Source of the DNA: Pseudomonas sp.
GTDB taxonomy: Bacteria; Pseudomonadota; Gammaproteobacteria; Pseudomonadales; Pseudomonadaceae
Length of the DNA: 64,000 nucleotides
NCBI RefSeq assembly: GCF_050739935.1
Contig: NZ_JBOICF010000045.1
Span: forward strand, 8,404 to 72,403
Direction of reading: 5' to 3'
The translations under genes were made by a program, and so were the position numbers. Positions 27,606-36,759 of the stretch are shown here, piece by piece. Below the pieces are notes generated by a model. It was not told where the DNA came from. It saw only the letters and a list, made by a program, of their open reading frames with translations, and did not search any database. The first letter of the stretch is position 1. Each line of letters opens with the position of its first letter.

Positions 27606-27881
27606 TTGAGGCAATAGCGAATCGGCTGAGCAGCCAGTTGCGTTATCTCTATTTATACTAACTCCGCTCACTTAACTGAGCATACTTATAATCTTGTGAT
27701 GCCCAATATATAGGCACCGCTCGAGTGCGTCCGGTTGATGATGTTTTTGGTAGGAAAAGTCCTACAGGTCGGTAGGACTTGTCCTGCATTTTTTCGTCGG
27801 CTTTCTCTATATGTTTTTTCGTCACTGAATTTCCAGTAGCGAATCTTTCCGATCGCTCTACATTCCATCGGACTTTAAGAT

Positions 27882-30524
27882 ATGAATCCAATTATGTCCC
27901 CGACGCCTAAAAGGCGTGTTTCTCCCAAGTTTTCCCTCTCCCCAGGCTGGAGTGCTGCACTCACTGCCATTCCCTTCTTGTTACTCACGCCTGTCGCGAG
28001 TGCACTTACCATCATCTCCAATGGTGATGTACTGAATATCGACGAAAGCATCCCGCTCGATGACTACTCCGTTACTGGTTCAGGCAGTACCCTGAATGCA
28101 TCCGGGGCGAATCTTGCGTACGTGACACTTGTGTCGGGGGGCACCTTCAATATGAATGGGGGCACCGTGAATGCGGGTGATATAGGGACTGCCGTTGAGC
28201 TGGCCAGTTCTTTCGCGACTATCAATAACGCAACCGTCTCCAGCGACGAAATAGGCTTGTCCGCAGGCAGGGAGCTGGGCAATGAAGGTTCTCGGGCTCA
28301 GGTGACCGGCAGCACGATCGAAGGTGGGGAAATAGGCGCTCGGGTTACCGGTCTGAGCACCTTGCAACTGGACAACAGTCGTCTGGTGGGCAGTGGCGCT
28401 AATGGTATCGGCTTGCGAGTGCAGGGGGGGAACGTCCTTGCCAGTAATGCCTCGGCCATCAGCGGTGCCAATCATGGGGTGGTGTTCGCCCGAGATACGC
28501 CTGAGGCATTCGGTGACTACCGACTGACCCTCGACAACTCAAGCGTGATCGGTACAGCGGGCGCCGCCATTCAGGTAGCTCAGGGCGTCACAGGCAACAT
28601 CGAGGTGCTCAATGGTTCCACGCTAAACGGTGGAAATGGCAACCTGCTCCAGGTTGAAAGGGATGCGACTGCCAATATGCGGGTTGCAGGCAGCGCCTTG
28701 ACCGGTAACGTACAAGTCGCGCAGGGCGGCAACGCCAGCCTCGCATTTGACCGTGCACAACTAAACGGCAATGTTGCAGCTGCCGAGGGGGCCAACGGTA
28801 CGTTGTCGTTGCAAAACGGCTCGAGTCTGACGGGCACAGTCACCGGAATCGGTACGCTTGCCCTGGACGCCAGCTCGTTGACTGGCGACGTCAGTATGGC
28901 GAACGCGGGCTCGGTCGTACTGGGCAACCGCTCGGTCCTGGAGGGGAGCATCATTGGCAGCGATGACGTGCGCCTCGATACCAGCTCAATCAGAGGTGAT
29001 GTCACCTCGGCGACCGCTGCGGGTGGTGTCGCCCTGCGTAGCGGTGCAGCGCTCAACGGCAATGTGAAAAGCAATAATGTCAGTCTTGATGCCAGTTCGT
29101 TGAGCGGCAATATCACCTCACTAGACGGGGTGGGCGCGGTTTCACTGCAAAGAGGTTCGATTTTCGACGGCAATCTGATCAACGTAGATAGGGTGACCAT
29201 TGGCGATAGTTCGGTCTGGAACATGGCGGGCAACAACAGCGTTAACTCGTTGGCGCTTAACGACGGCGTGGTGAAGTTCGGTGCGGCCAACGAGTTCTAT
29301 CAGCTCAATGTCGGCAACCTCACCGGCAACGGCACTTTCATTATGGATGCCGACTATGCGACCAATCAGCACGACACCCTGAACGTTACCGGTTCCGCGA
29401 CGGGCAGTCATACCTTGCTGATCGCAGGGTCCGGGGTCGATCCGGTGTCCCCCGAGCCTTTGAACGTAGTGCGCACGGCGAGCGGCGACGCGACCTTTGC
29501 CCTGGCCGGTGCCCGTGCTGTGGACGTGGGCGCTTATTCTTACGAGCTTGCGTCCAGCGCCAATGGCAGTGGAGGATCGGACTGGTTCCTCGATCCAAGC
29601 ACCCGCACCATCAGCCCTGGTACTCAATCGGTCCTGGCCCTGTTCAATACCGCGCCGACCGTCTGGTACGGCGAGTTGACCTCGCTGCGCAGTCGCATGG
29701 GTGAACTGCGTTTCAACGGCGGCAAGGCTGGAGGCTGGGTGCGCACGTACGGCAACAAATACAACGTCGATCAAGCTTCCGGAGTGGGTTATCAGCAGAC
29801 GCAACAAGGCTTCTCTCTGGGTGCGGATGCGCCGTTGCCGATCGGCGACGGCCAGTGGCTGATCGGCGTGCTGGCAGGTCACAGTAAATCGGATCTTGAT
29901 CTGACTCGCGGCACCTCCGGTACAGTCAAGAGCTACTACGCGGGCGTTTACACCACCTGGATGGATCAGGCCAGCGGCTACTACTTCGACGGCGTGCTCA
30001 AATTAAACCGTTTCCGCAACGATTCGAAAGTCAGTATCAGCGACGGCACTCGCGCCAAGGGTGATTACGACAATGTGGGTATGGGCGGTTCGGTGGAATT
30101 CGGGCGCCATATCAAACTCGACGACGGTTACTTCGTTGAACCCTACACCCAGCTTTCGGCCGTGGTGATTCAGGGCAAGGATTACCGCCTGGATAACGAC
30201 ATGCAGGCCGAAGGCGATCGCACTCGCTCCTTGCTGGGCAAGGTCGGCGTCACCGCAGGGCGCAATTTCACGTTGAGCGACGGCAAGATCGTGCAGCCTT
30301 ATGTTCGCGTGGCGGGTGTGCATGAGTTTGCCAAGAACAACAAAGTTCAGGTCAACAACAACGTGTTCAACAACGATTTGTCAGGCTCTCGTGGCGAGTT
30401 GGGGGCTGGTGTCGCTGTGGCCTTCAGTGACCGTCTGCAAATGCATGCCGACTTTGATTACTCCAATGGCGAGCATATCGAGCAGCCATTTGGGGCTAAC
30501 GTGGGATTGCGCTATAGCTGGTGA
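27882..30524 (+). CDS. Classical (type Va) autotransporter with beta-helical passenger
   Basis: 880 aa. Signal peptide (...AALTAIPFLLLTPVASA). Gly/Asn/Ser-rich degenerate repeats typical of a parallel beta-helix passenger. C-terminal beta-barrel ending ...GANVGLRYSW (aromatic terminal residue). Confidence 0.85.
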   Translation: MNPIMSPTPKRRVSPKFSLSPGWSAALTAIPFLLLTPVASALTIISNGDVLNIDESIPLDDYSVTGSGSTLNASGANLAYVTLVSGGTFNMNGGTVNAGDIGTAVELASSFATINNATVSSDEIGLSAGRELGNEGSRAQVTGSTIEGGEIGARVTGLSTLQLDNSRLVGSGANGIGLRVQGGNVLASNASAISGANHGVVFARDTPEAFGDYRLTLDNSSVIGTAGAAIQVAQGVTGNIEVLNGSTLNGGNGNLLQVERDATANMRVAGSALTGNVQVAQGGNASLAFDRAQLNGNVAAAEGANGTLSLQNGSSLTGTVTGIGTLALDASSLTGDVSMANAGSVVLGNRSVLEGSIIGSDDVRLDTSSIRGDVTSATAAGGVALRSGAALNGNVKSNNVSLDASSLSGNITSLDGVGAVSLQRGSIFDGNLINVDRVTIGDSSVWNMAGNNSVNSLALNDGVVKFGAANEFYQLNVGNLTGNGTFIMDADYATNQHDTLNVTGSATGSHTLLIAGSGVDPVSPEPLNVVRTASGDATFALAGARAVDVGAYSYELASSANGSGGSDWFLDPSTRTISPGTQSVLALFNTAPTVWYGELTSLRSRMGELRFNGGKAGGWVRTYGNKYNVDQASGVGYQQTQQGFSLGADAPLPIGDGQWLIGVLAGHSKSDLDLTRGTSGTVKSYYAGVYTTWMDQASGYYFDGVLKLNRFRNDSKVSISDGTRAKGDYDNVGMGGSVEFGRHIKLDDGYFVEPYTQLSAVVIQGKDYRLDNDMQAEGDRTRSLLGKVGVTAGRNFTLSDGKIVQPYVRVAGVHEFAKNNKVQVNNNVFNNDLSGSRGELGAGVAVAFSDRLQMHADFDYSNGEHIEQPFGANVGLRYSW

Positions 30525-30541
30525 AACAGCGCGTGACGAAG

Positions 30542-30578
30542 AGCCCACTGAGCGTTGAGTCGCTCAGTGGGCTTTTTT
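30542..30578 (+). terminator. Terminator hairpin between the convergent autotransporter and paralog D
   Basis: AGCCCACTGAGCG-TTGAGT-CGCTCAGTGGGCT followed by TTTTTT. It abuts the stop codon of D (30579-30581). Confidence 0.8.
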
Positions 30579-33500
30579 CTAGATGGCAACGACGTTGCAG
30601 TATTGCCCGCCACCCAGGAATACCTTGGTCGACACATTCGCCCAGCCGCCGGTCACCAGGTTCTTACACTCTACCGTCCAATAACCTGAGCCTGGGCTGG
30701 TTGACCAGTACAAACGATTACCCATTGGCCAGCGGCCCGAGTACGCAGAGGCAATCTCATTTAGTTCAGCATGACTCGGTATCCGCTTGCCCTGGCTTGC
30801 AGCGGCACTCAATGCATGCGGATAGAGGCTGTTCCCTAGCCCTATGACCTGAATCACATTGCTGACTCTGACCGTGTATGAGCCGGAGCGCCCTTGTCCA
30901 TCTCTGACCGTGATGGTTGCGCTGCCGTTTCCGCGGGAGATGATCGTGCCATTGGTGCTGACTCTCACCACCGACTGATTACTCGAGGTGTAGGTGTAGG
31001 GCGTCACACCACTGCTAGGCACACGGGTGTAAGTAGTGCCGCTGGGCCAACTGACTGGATCGAGAGCTGGATAGGCTGGAAGGATATAAACCCTGCCGTT
31101 CAAATTAACTTGCGACCGATCCAGTACAAAGTCTGGCACGGGAGACCTGACGGTGAAGGTGCGGGTATTCGATGACATCCCATCGCCATATTGCGCAACG
31201 GCCTTGAGACTGTGATTGGCCACAGCCAACCCGGACACGGAATGGCTCCAGTCACCATTGTCGTTGACCGCCGCGTTGCCCTTGGACGTCGCTCCGTCAA
31301 ATACTTCAACCGTCTCATTGGCACTGGCTTTGCCCGACGCCGTTACTGTCGTATCTGTCGTTGAACCTCCGTTTGGGACTTCCCCTTTGGTATCGCGGAC
31401 ACTGGACAGCGTAGGTTCTACGCCCGCTCTGATGGTGAAGTCCCACGCCGACGATTCCGGCCCGCTACCATCCAGCGCTCTGGCCCTGATGCTGTAATTT
31501 CGTACGCTGAGGCCGGTCAGATCAACCGTCCACGTCCCGTCGGCGGTTACGCGCGTCTTCGTCAGCGAAGTCGTTCCATCGATGATCTCCAATTCGCCTT
31601 CTATCGTTCCAGTCCCGCTGAGGGTCAAGTTTCTATCCAACGTCGTTCCACCGTTGGCCACTTCACCTTTGGAGTCCTTCACGCTGACGATGACAGGGAT
31701 TACCCAGTCATGGTGAAGTTTGAACTCATAAACCGTAGTGGGGAGCGGCAGCGCACTGCCCTCATCGGCCACATTGCTGAACGCCACTTTGCAGATGACG
31801 TTGAGGGACGTGTCCTGTCCCAGTTTTTCCAGCTCTGTGCGCAGGACAGTCTCGGACAGGCCGGAGCCGACTTGCGCACCTGTCAGTTCCGAGCCATCGA
31901 GCAGGACGATTGACTGCGGCCCACCGTTCTCGGTTTCACCTTCCAGGCGCAGCCAGACCCGTTGGCCGGTCGCGATGAAAGGCCATTTCTCCACTGTCGT
32001 CGTCGCGTTGCCGGCAAAGGTCGCCAGGTTCAGGATCTTGGTTTGCGCGTTGGCCTGGGTAATGATCGGCGCGGGCAGTTGGCTGTCGGGAATGGGCGTC
32101 ACGTCGAGCAGCAGAAACTCGGATTGCTTCTCTGTCGTCGAGCGCTTGACCTTATAGACCACGCTGACCTGCTGACCGATGTTGGCGCCGATGACAGACG
32201 CGGGGATTGGAAAATCGACCTGGCCGCTCGCCGAGCCCGCCACTTGTTGGTCTGCTGGCGAACCCCCTCCAGGGCTGCCCAGCCAAGTCAGCGTGATGAG
32301 GTCTTCCGGGTCCATGCTGGCGTAGCGCACGCGCACGGTCGCCCCGTTAAGGGCCTGCATCGGGTTCAGCATCGTGCCATTTGCTTCAAGCACTTGTGGC
32401 GCAGGCAACTCGCCGATCAACTTGCCGATGGTCAGGTCCAGCACCTGTGAATACTGGAAGTTACCGGTGCTGGCGAGTTTGAGGCTATAGAAGATCATTA
32501 CGATTGTGTTCAGGCTTGGCTCGATCAGCGACCGGGGAATGTAGAAGGTCACGGGTTGCCCTGCGATCGGGTGAGTGATGGGGATCGAGTCTTGATAGGT
32601 GCCGTCCGGAGATTCGGCCTGCCAGTACCAGGTCAGGAGATCGCCCGCCGCGGTGCCGGTATACGGCACGCGCAAGGTGGCGTGAATGGGTACCAGTTCC
32701 GGATCCAGAACGCCTTCAGGTGCCTCGTCCACGGACGGGGCGGGCAGCTCGGCATGCCGTTGGGCAACACTCAGCCGCAACTGGTCCGAGACGCGAACAT
32801 CCAGCGTGCCCAAGGCATCGTTTGAGACCTGGTAACTGACCGCGAGCGTGCCGTTGGCCAGGATGGCGATGTCGCGTTCGGGTACCGGAATATAGATCAC
32901 ATCACCCACCTCATTGGCCGAAACGATGTGCTGGCCTTCGTAGAGGTGCGGCACGCCGTTCTCTTGGGTACCTCGCCAGATCATGTCGATAAGGTCGCCG
33001 TTGGCCATTCTCTCATACACGGGAATCTGCGCGTGGGCCCGCTCCAGCGTCGGGTCCAGCGTGTTGCCGACGGCCTCCAGCACAGCGGGAGCCGGCAGCG
33101 GAATCTGGCCAGTAACCCTGGCGGTCGCGCGTTTCGAGGACTGAGGCGGGTCACCATTGGCTTTGGTCAGCACATAGGTCGCCCGACCGCTGCCGCCATT
33201 GATCGCCCGGATATCAGCGTTGGGTACATTAATCTCCAGGATGGACGGAATACTGCCGACGCTAACCGCTTTGGTGTAGATCACCGGCGAGCCCGACGCA
33301 GGTGTGCCAAGCCAGGTTAGGGTGACGGTGTCGTTGCGCTCGAACGGAGCGCCCGTCATCACGATCTGTACAGCGACATCGTCTGCTCCGAGCCGTCCGA
33401 GGTCGATCACGCCATTGAACGCGTTCTTGATTACCGGCGCGTCGAGGCGGTGGGCGCCAGCTTCAACGTCCACCAGCGTTTGCCGCGACCAGTCCGAAGA

Positions 33501-34229
33501 GAAGTTCCAGACCTCGTCGTACACCTGATAGCGCACCACCAGATGGCTGGCATCCCCTGCCGCGAGGACGGTCGCCTGATCCACTGTGATCACGATGGGC
33601 TGTGTGCCGGCAGCTTCGGCGGGGGTGACTCGGTGGCTCAGCGGTACATCACCCCATACCAATTCGATGGTGTCGTGTGCCGCGCGGCCAGGATAGGCAG
33701 CAATTTGCGCCGGAATACCGCGCTCGGCCCAGCTGGCGTCCACGCCATTGTCGATCACCTCCTGGGGCAGACGCGGTGCCGCGAGTTCCGAATGACCGGG
33801 CAGATGTGGTTCCTTGTCCAGCCCTCCCGGGAAATCGAGCTTGACCCTGATCCGCAAGCCCGCTGAATCTTCGGGCGTGCTGGGGCCCTGGCGCGTCAAC
33901 CGGAAGTAAACGTTCTCGGCCCAGCCCACCGCGATGGGCTGGGTATCCAGCAAGAAAAACATACGCTCGTTGAGATCGGCGGGCCCCACATCTCCTTGCG
34001 CGATGAGTTCGGTGTCCCAGTAGAGGTCGACATGATCGCCCACTGCCATGCCCGGCCACGGATCCACGGCGGCCAACATGCCATACGGATCGTTCACGAT
34101 GCTGAAATTGACACCGCCGTCGCCGTCCTCGACCGGCTTCACCATGCCAGCGATCAATATTGGTCGCAGCGCCATGGTCGAGGGGTCTCGGTTGACGGGA
34201 GGAAACAAGGTGGAGGTAAACCGTTGCAT
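30579..34229 (-). CDS. Island paralog D: long repeat-module protein with C-terminal Ig-like, Big_2-like and DUF1566/lectin-like domains
   Basis: 1216 aa; ATG 34229 preceded by AAGGA. About seven modules of 110-130 aa, four of them starting with LPAP at aa 378, 495, 608 and 718. Then two Ig-like domains (aa ~845-1027), a Big_2-like domain (aa ~1030-1123), and a C-terminal segment ...KRIPSHAELNEIAS...YWS... reminiscent of DUF1566. Confidence 0.8.
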   Translation of the reverse strand: MQRFTSTLFPPVNRDPSTMALRPILIAGMVKPVEDGDGGVNFSIVNDPYGMLAAVDPWPGMAVGDHVDLYWDTELIAQGDVGPADLNERMFFLLDTQPIAVGWAENVYFRLTRQGPSTPEDSAGLRIRVKLDFPGGLDKEPHLPGHSELAAPRLPQEVIDNGVDASWAERGIPAQIAAYPGRAAHDTIELVWGDVPLSHRVTPAEAAGTQPIVITVDQATVLAAGDASHLVVRYQVYDEVWNFSSDWSRQTLVDVEAGAHRLDAPVIKNAFNGVIDLGRLGADDVAVQIVMTGAPFERNDTVTLTWLGTPASGSPVIYTKAVSVGSIPSILEINVPNADIRAINGGSGRATYVLTKANGDPPQSSKRATARVTGQIPLPAPAVLEAVGNTLDPTLERAHAQIPVYERMANGDLIDMIWRGTQENGVPHLYEGQHIVSANEVGDVIYIPVPERDIAILANGTLAVSYQVSNDALGTLDVRVSDQLRLSVAQRHAELPAPSVDEAPEGVLDPELVPIHATLRVPYTGTAAGDLLTWYWQAESPDGTYQDSIPITHPIAGQPVTFYIPRSLIEPSLNTIVMIFYSLKLASTGNFQYSQVLDLTIGKLIGELPAPQVLEANGTMLNPMQALNGATVRVRYASMDPEDLITLTWLGSPGGGSPADQQVAGSASGQVDFPIPASVIGANIGQQVSVVYKVKRSTTEKQSEFLLLDVTPIPDSQLPAPIITQANAQTKILNLATFAGNATTTVEKWPFIATGQRVWLRLEGETENGGPQSIVLLDGSELTGAQVGSGLSETVLRTELEKLGQDTSLNVICKVAFSNVADEGSALPLPTTVYEFKLHHDWVIPVIVSVKDSKGEVANGGTTLDRNLTLSGTGTIEGELEIIDGTTSLTKTRVTADGTWTVDLTGLSVRNYSIRARALDGSGPESSAWDFTIRAGVEPTLSSVRDTKGEVPNGGSTTDTTVTASGKASANETVEVFDGATSKGNAAVNDNGDWSHSVSGLAVANHSLKAVAQYGDGMSSNTRTFTVRSPVPDFVLDRSQVNLNGRVYILPAYPALDPVSWPSGTTYTRVPSSGVTPYTYTSSNQSVVRVSTNGTIISRGNGSATITVRDGQGRSGSYTVRVSNVIQVIGLGNSLYPHALSAAASQGKRIPSHAELNEIASAYSGRWPMGNRLYWSTSPGSGYWTVECKNLVTGGWANVSTKVFLGGGQYCNVVAI

Positions 34230-34355
34230 GGTCGCATTCCTTATGAGGGTACAGATCCTTGATGAGGTCAGCTCGCTGCCTGAACTGGCCGGGCAATGCG
34301 CAAGCAGAGAGGGGCAACTGCTGCCCCTCCAGTTGCCGTCTGATTGTCCCGTTGC

Positions 34356-36698
34356 TCAGGAATAGGTGACAGTGCCGGAGACGGTTACCGTTGTATCAGG
34401 GGTCGTGCCGCCATCGGGTATCGAAGTTCCTTTGGAGTCCTTGACGTCCGTAATGGCAATGGCTTTGACGCTGATAACCGTAAAGCTGCGCACCGCCGAT
34501 TGCGCGCCGTCGCCATACTGCGCGACGGCCTTGATGGCGTGGTCGCCCGTGGTCAGCCCGTTCAGCGGTTTGGTCCAGGTGCCGTTGGCGTTGGCCGTCA
34601 CTTTCCCCTTCGAGACATCGCCATCGAAGATTTCGACCTCCTGATCGGGCGATGCCGTGCCCGTGACGTTAACGCTGGTCTCGAACGTGGTGGCGCCGGG
34701 GCGGATTTCGAGGTTGTTTAAATCTTTGATACTGCTGATGGTGGGCGGATCGAGCTGCTCTGGCCGCCCGACACTGAAAGCAGTCAACTCCGAATCACTG
34801 CGCCGGTTATCCTCTTTGCGAATCACCCAGTAGGACGCCTCGACAGTGCCGCCTTCGTTTGGCTTGATCAACGAGCCGCTGATCGTGAAGTCGATGGGAA
34901 GGTCTTTCGTCCGCTCGCCGACATCTACCCAATCTGAGTATTGACCGCTCGCGCTGCCATTCCACAAACAATGCACTTGGTCACCGACGGCTTTGTGGGT
35001 GTAAACCGGTGCGGTCAGTATCGCCTGTACCAGGGCGGGGTCCATCACACCGTCTACCACGCCAGACACGGTAGGCGCTGGCAGTTCCGCCTTGGGCTCG
35101 CCTACACGCAACAGCGGGAGACGAGCGGATTCGCGAATGACGGTCGATCCATCGACGTATTTTTCCAGCAGGTAATACAGCTCCAGCGTGCCGCCCTCCA
35201 CGGCCTTCAAATGGTTACCCTCGACCTGGATGGGAATAGGCTGTTTGCTGGCAGCCTCGCCATTGGAGATGACTTTGATCGGCAGCTCCGGATCATAGAT
35301 GGTTGTATCGGGACGGATGCCGACCCACTTCAGGATGATCACGTCGCCCGCCATCATGCTGTTGTCCCACGGCACTTCGACTAGGGTGTTCGCCAGGTCG
35401 GGGTCGATGGCACCTTGTGCGGCGTCCTTGGCAATCGGCGCAGCCATGCGCACAGGCTCGCCGACCACCTGAATGAACGCGCCCTTGGACTTCGCTTCGG
35501 CACCATCCTGACGGATCACACGGTAAGAAAACACGACCTGGGTCTTGGCCAACTGCCGGATGATCGGATTGGGGACAGGTATCTCGTAGATAGTTGGCAG
35601 GTTATCGACCAGCTCTTCCGGCGCTTCGTAGTCAATCTCGATGCCTTCGATGCTGGTACCCTTGAGTCTCACGACGATCTTGTCGCCCTTGTTGAAATCG
35701 GCGTTGAGGGTCAGCACATTTTCCAGCGTTTCACGGCCCAGTGAGGCCCTGGAGATCGACGATTCAAACTGGTTCTTGAGCTCTGCGCTCAGCACACCGC
35801 TTCTGGTCTGGGCGACGACCTGAACGATGGCTGGCTGGTCGCCAAGGGCGTCCAGGTCCAGGACGTTGTCTACAGTACCTTTGACTAGCGGGAAGCCCAG
35901 ACGCGAATTTCCTGTGTCGACGACGATGCGAGCCTCCGCGGCCCAGTCTTCCGAGCGATTGTGCACCAAGTCATAAACTTCGTAGGTCACCGCCAGGCCG
36001 TTCGCCCCCGAGTCGCCTGCGGCCACGATGGTGGCTTCATCTGCGATGATGACGATCGGTTTGCCGATTTCTTCCTTCAGCACTTCGTGAAGGACGAACA
36101 CCCCGCCCCAAGAGAGCTTGATCTCGTCCAGTTCAGCCATATTTGGATAGGGCTGAACAGTAATTTGCACGCCTTTCTTCGCGGCTTCCGCGTCTACACC
36201 ATCATTGACGATATCTTCGGGCAGCGAGAATGTCAGTTCGGAATGACCCGGGTTATCACCGTCCTGATCCTGCCCTCCGGGGCGATCGAGCTTGACGTAA
36301 ATGTTCCTCTCGGCAGAGTTTTCCGGAACCTGACCCAGACGTCTCAGGATGTACTGGAGGGTTTTTTTCTGACGACCAGCTTCCAGTCTCACGGCCGGGA
36401 CAAAGGTGGTGACGCGCTGACCCGCCTCGCCGGCCTGGATGCGCTCGCTGGCCACTTCGCCGTTATCGAGCAGCACGCTGACGCTGTCCCCCACGCTCAT
36501 GTTGGTCCATGCCTGGATGTACAACTGCAGCCCGTTCTTGGGAAAGTTGTCCAGCGCCGCCCCATGGTTGATCCCCCATAGGTCTTCACCTGGCTCGGCG
36601 GGCGGGCCGCCCAGCCGGATGCCGCCGGGGATCTCGGGTGGTACAGCCTCATAGGTCGAAGCGGAGGAAGTGGAGGTGTCTGGAGGTGTTGTTGCCAT
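34356..36698 (-). CDS. Island paralog E: repeat-module protein with two C-terminal Ig-like domains, no signal peptide
   Basis: 780 aa from the ATG at 36696-36698 (RBS AGGAG 9 nt upstream; the track ORF starts 12 codons earlier at 36734). The N-terminal third aligns with D (NIYVKLDRPGG...PGHSELTFSLPEDIVNDGVDA vs RIRVKLDFPGG...PGHSELAAPRLPQEVIDNGVDA). Confidence 0.8.
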   Translation of the reverse strand: MATTPPDTSTSSASTYEAVPPEIPGGIRLGGPPAEPGEDLWGINHGAALDNFPKNGLQLYIQAWTNMSVGDSVSVLLDNGEVASERIQAGEAGQRVTTFVPAVRLEAGRQKKTLQYILRRLGQVPENSAERNIYVKLDRPGGQDQDGDNPGHSELTFSLPEDIVNDGVDAEAAKKGVQITVQPYPNMAELDEIKLSWGGVFVLHEVLKEEIGKPIVIIADEATIVAAGDSGANGLAVTYEVYDLVHNRSEDWAAEARIVVDTGNSRLGFPLVKGTVDNVLDLDALGDQPAIVQVVAQTRSGVLSAELKNQFESSISRASLGRETLENVLTLNADFNKGDKIVVRLKGTSIEGIEIDYEAPEELVDNLPTIYEIPVPNPIIRQLAKTQVVFSYRVIRQDGAEAKSKGAFIQVVGEPVRMAAPIAKDAAQGAIDPDLANTLVEVPWDNSMMAGDVIILKWVGIRPDTTIYDPELPIKVISNGEAASKQPIPIQVEGNHLKAVEGGTLELYYLLEKYVDGSTVIRESARLPLLRVGEPKAELPAPTVSGVVDGVMDPALVQAILTAPVYTHKAVGDQVHCLWNGSASGQYSDWVDVGERTKDLPIDFTISGSLIKPNEGGTVEASYWVIRKEDNRRSDSELTAFSVGRPEQLDPPTISSIKDLNNLEIRPGATTFETSVNVTGTASPDQEVEIFDGDVSKGKVTANANGTWTKPLNGLTTGDHAIKAVAQYGDGAQSAVRSFTVISVKAIAITDVKDSKGTSIPDGGTTPDTTVTVSGTVTYS

Positions 36699-36759
36699 GG
36701 CGGTTGACTCCTGTCTGTGTATCGCAGAAGTCATTGAGCGCCGCTTTGGGATCTTTGCC

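Noticed and set aside
31183-31207. Recombination-grade nucleotide identity between paralogs D and E (gene conversion or inversion shuffling)
   Set aside because: The best patch I could find is 23 of 25 nt (31183-31207 vs 34510-34534, encoding KAVAQYGDG). The rest has diverged at the DNA level, so a shufflon- or cassette-type variation system is not supported.
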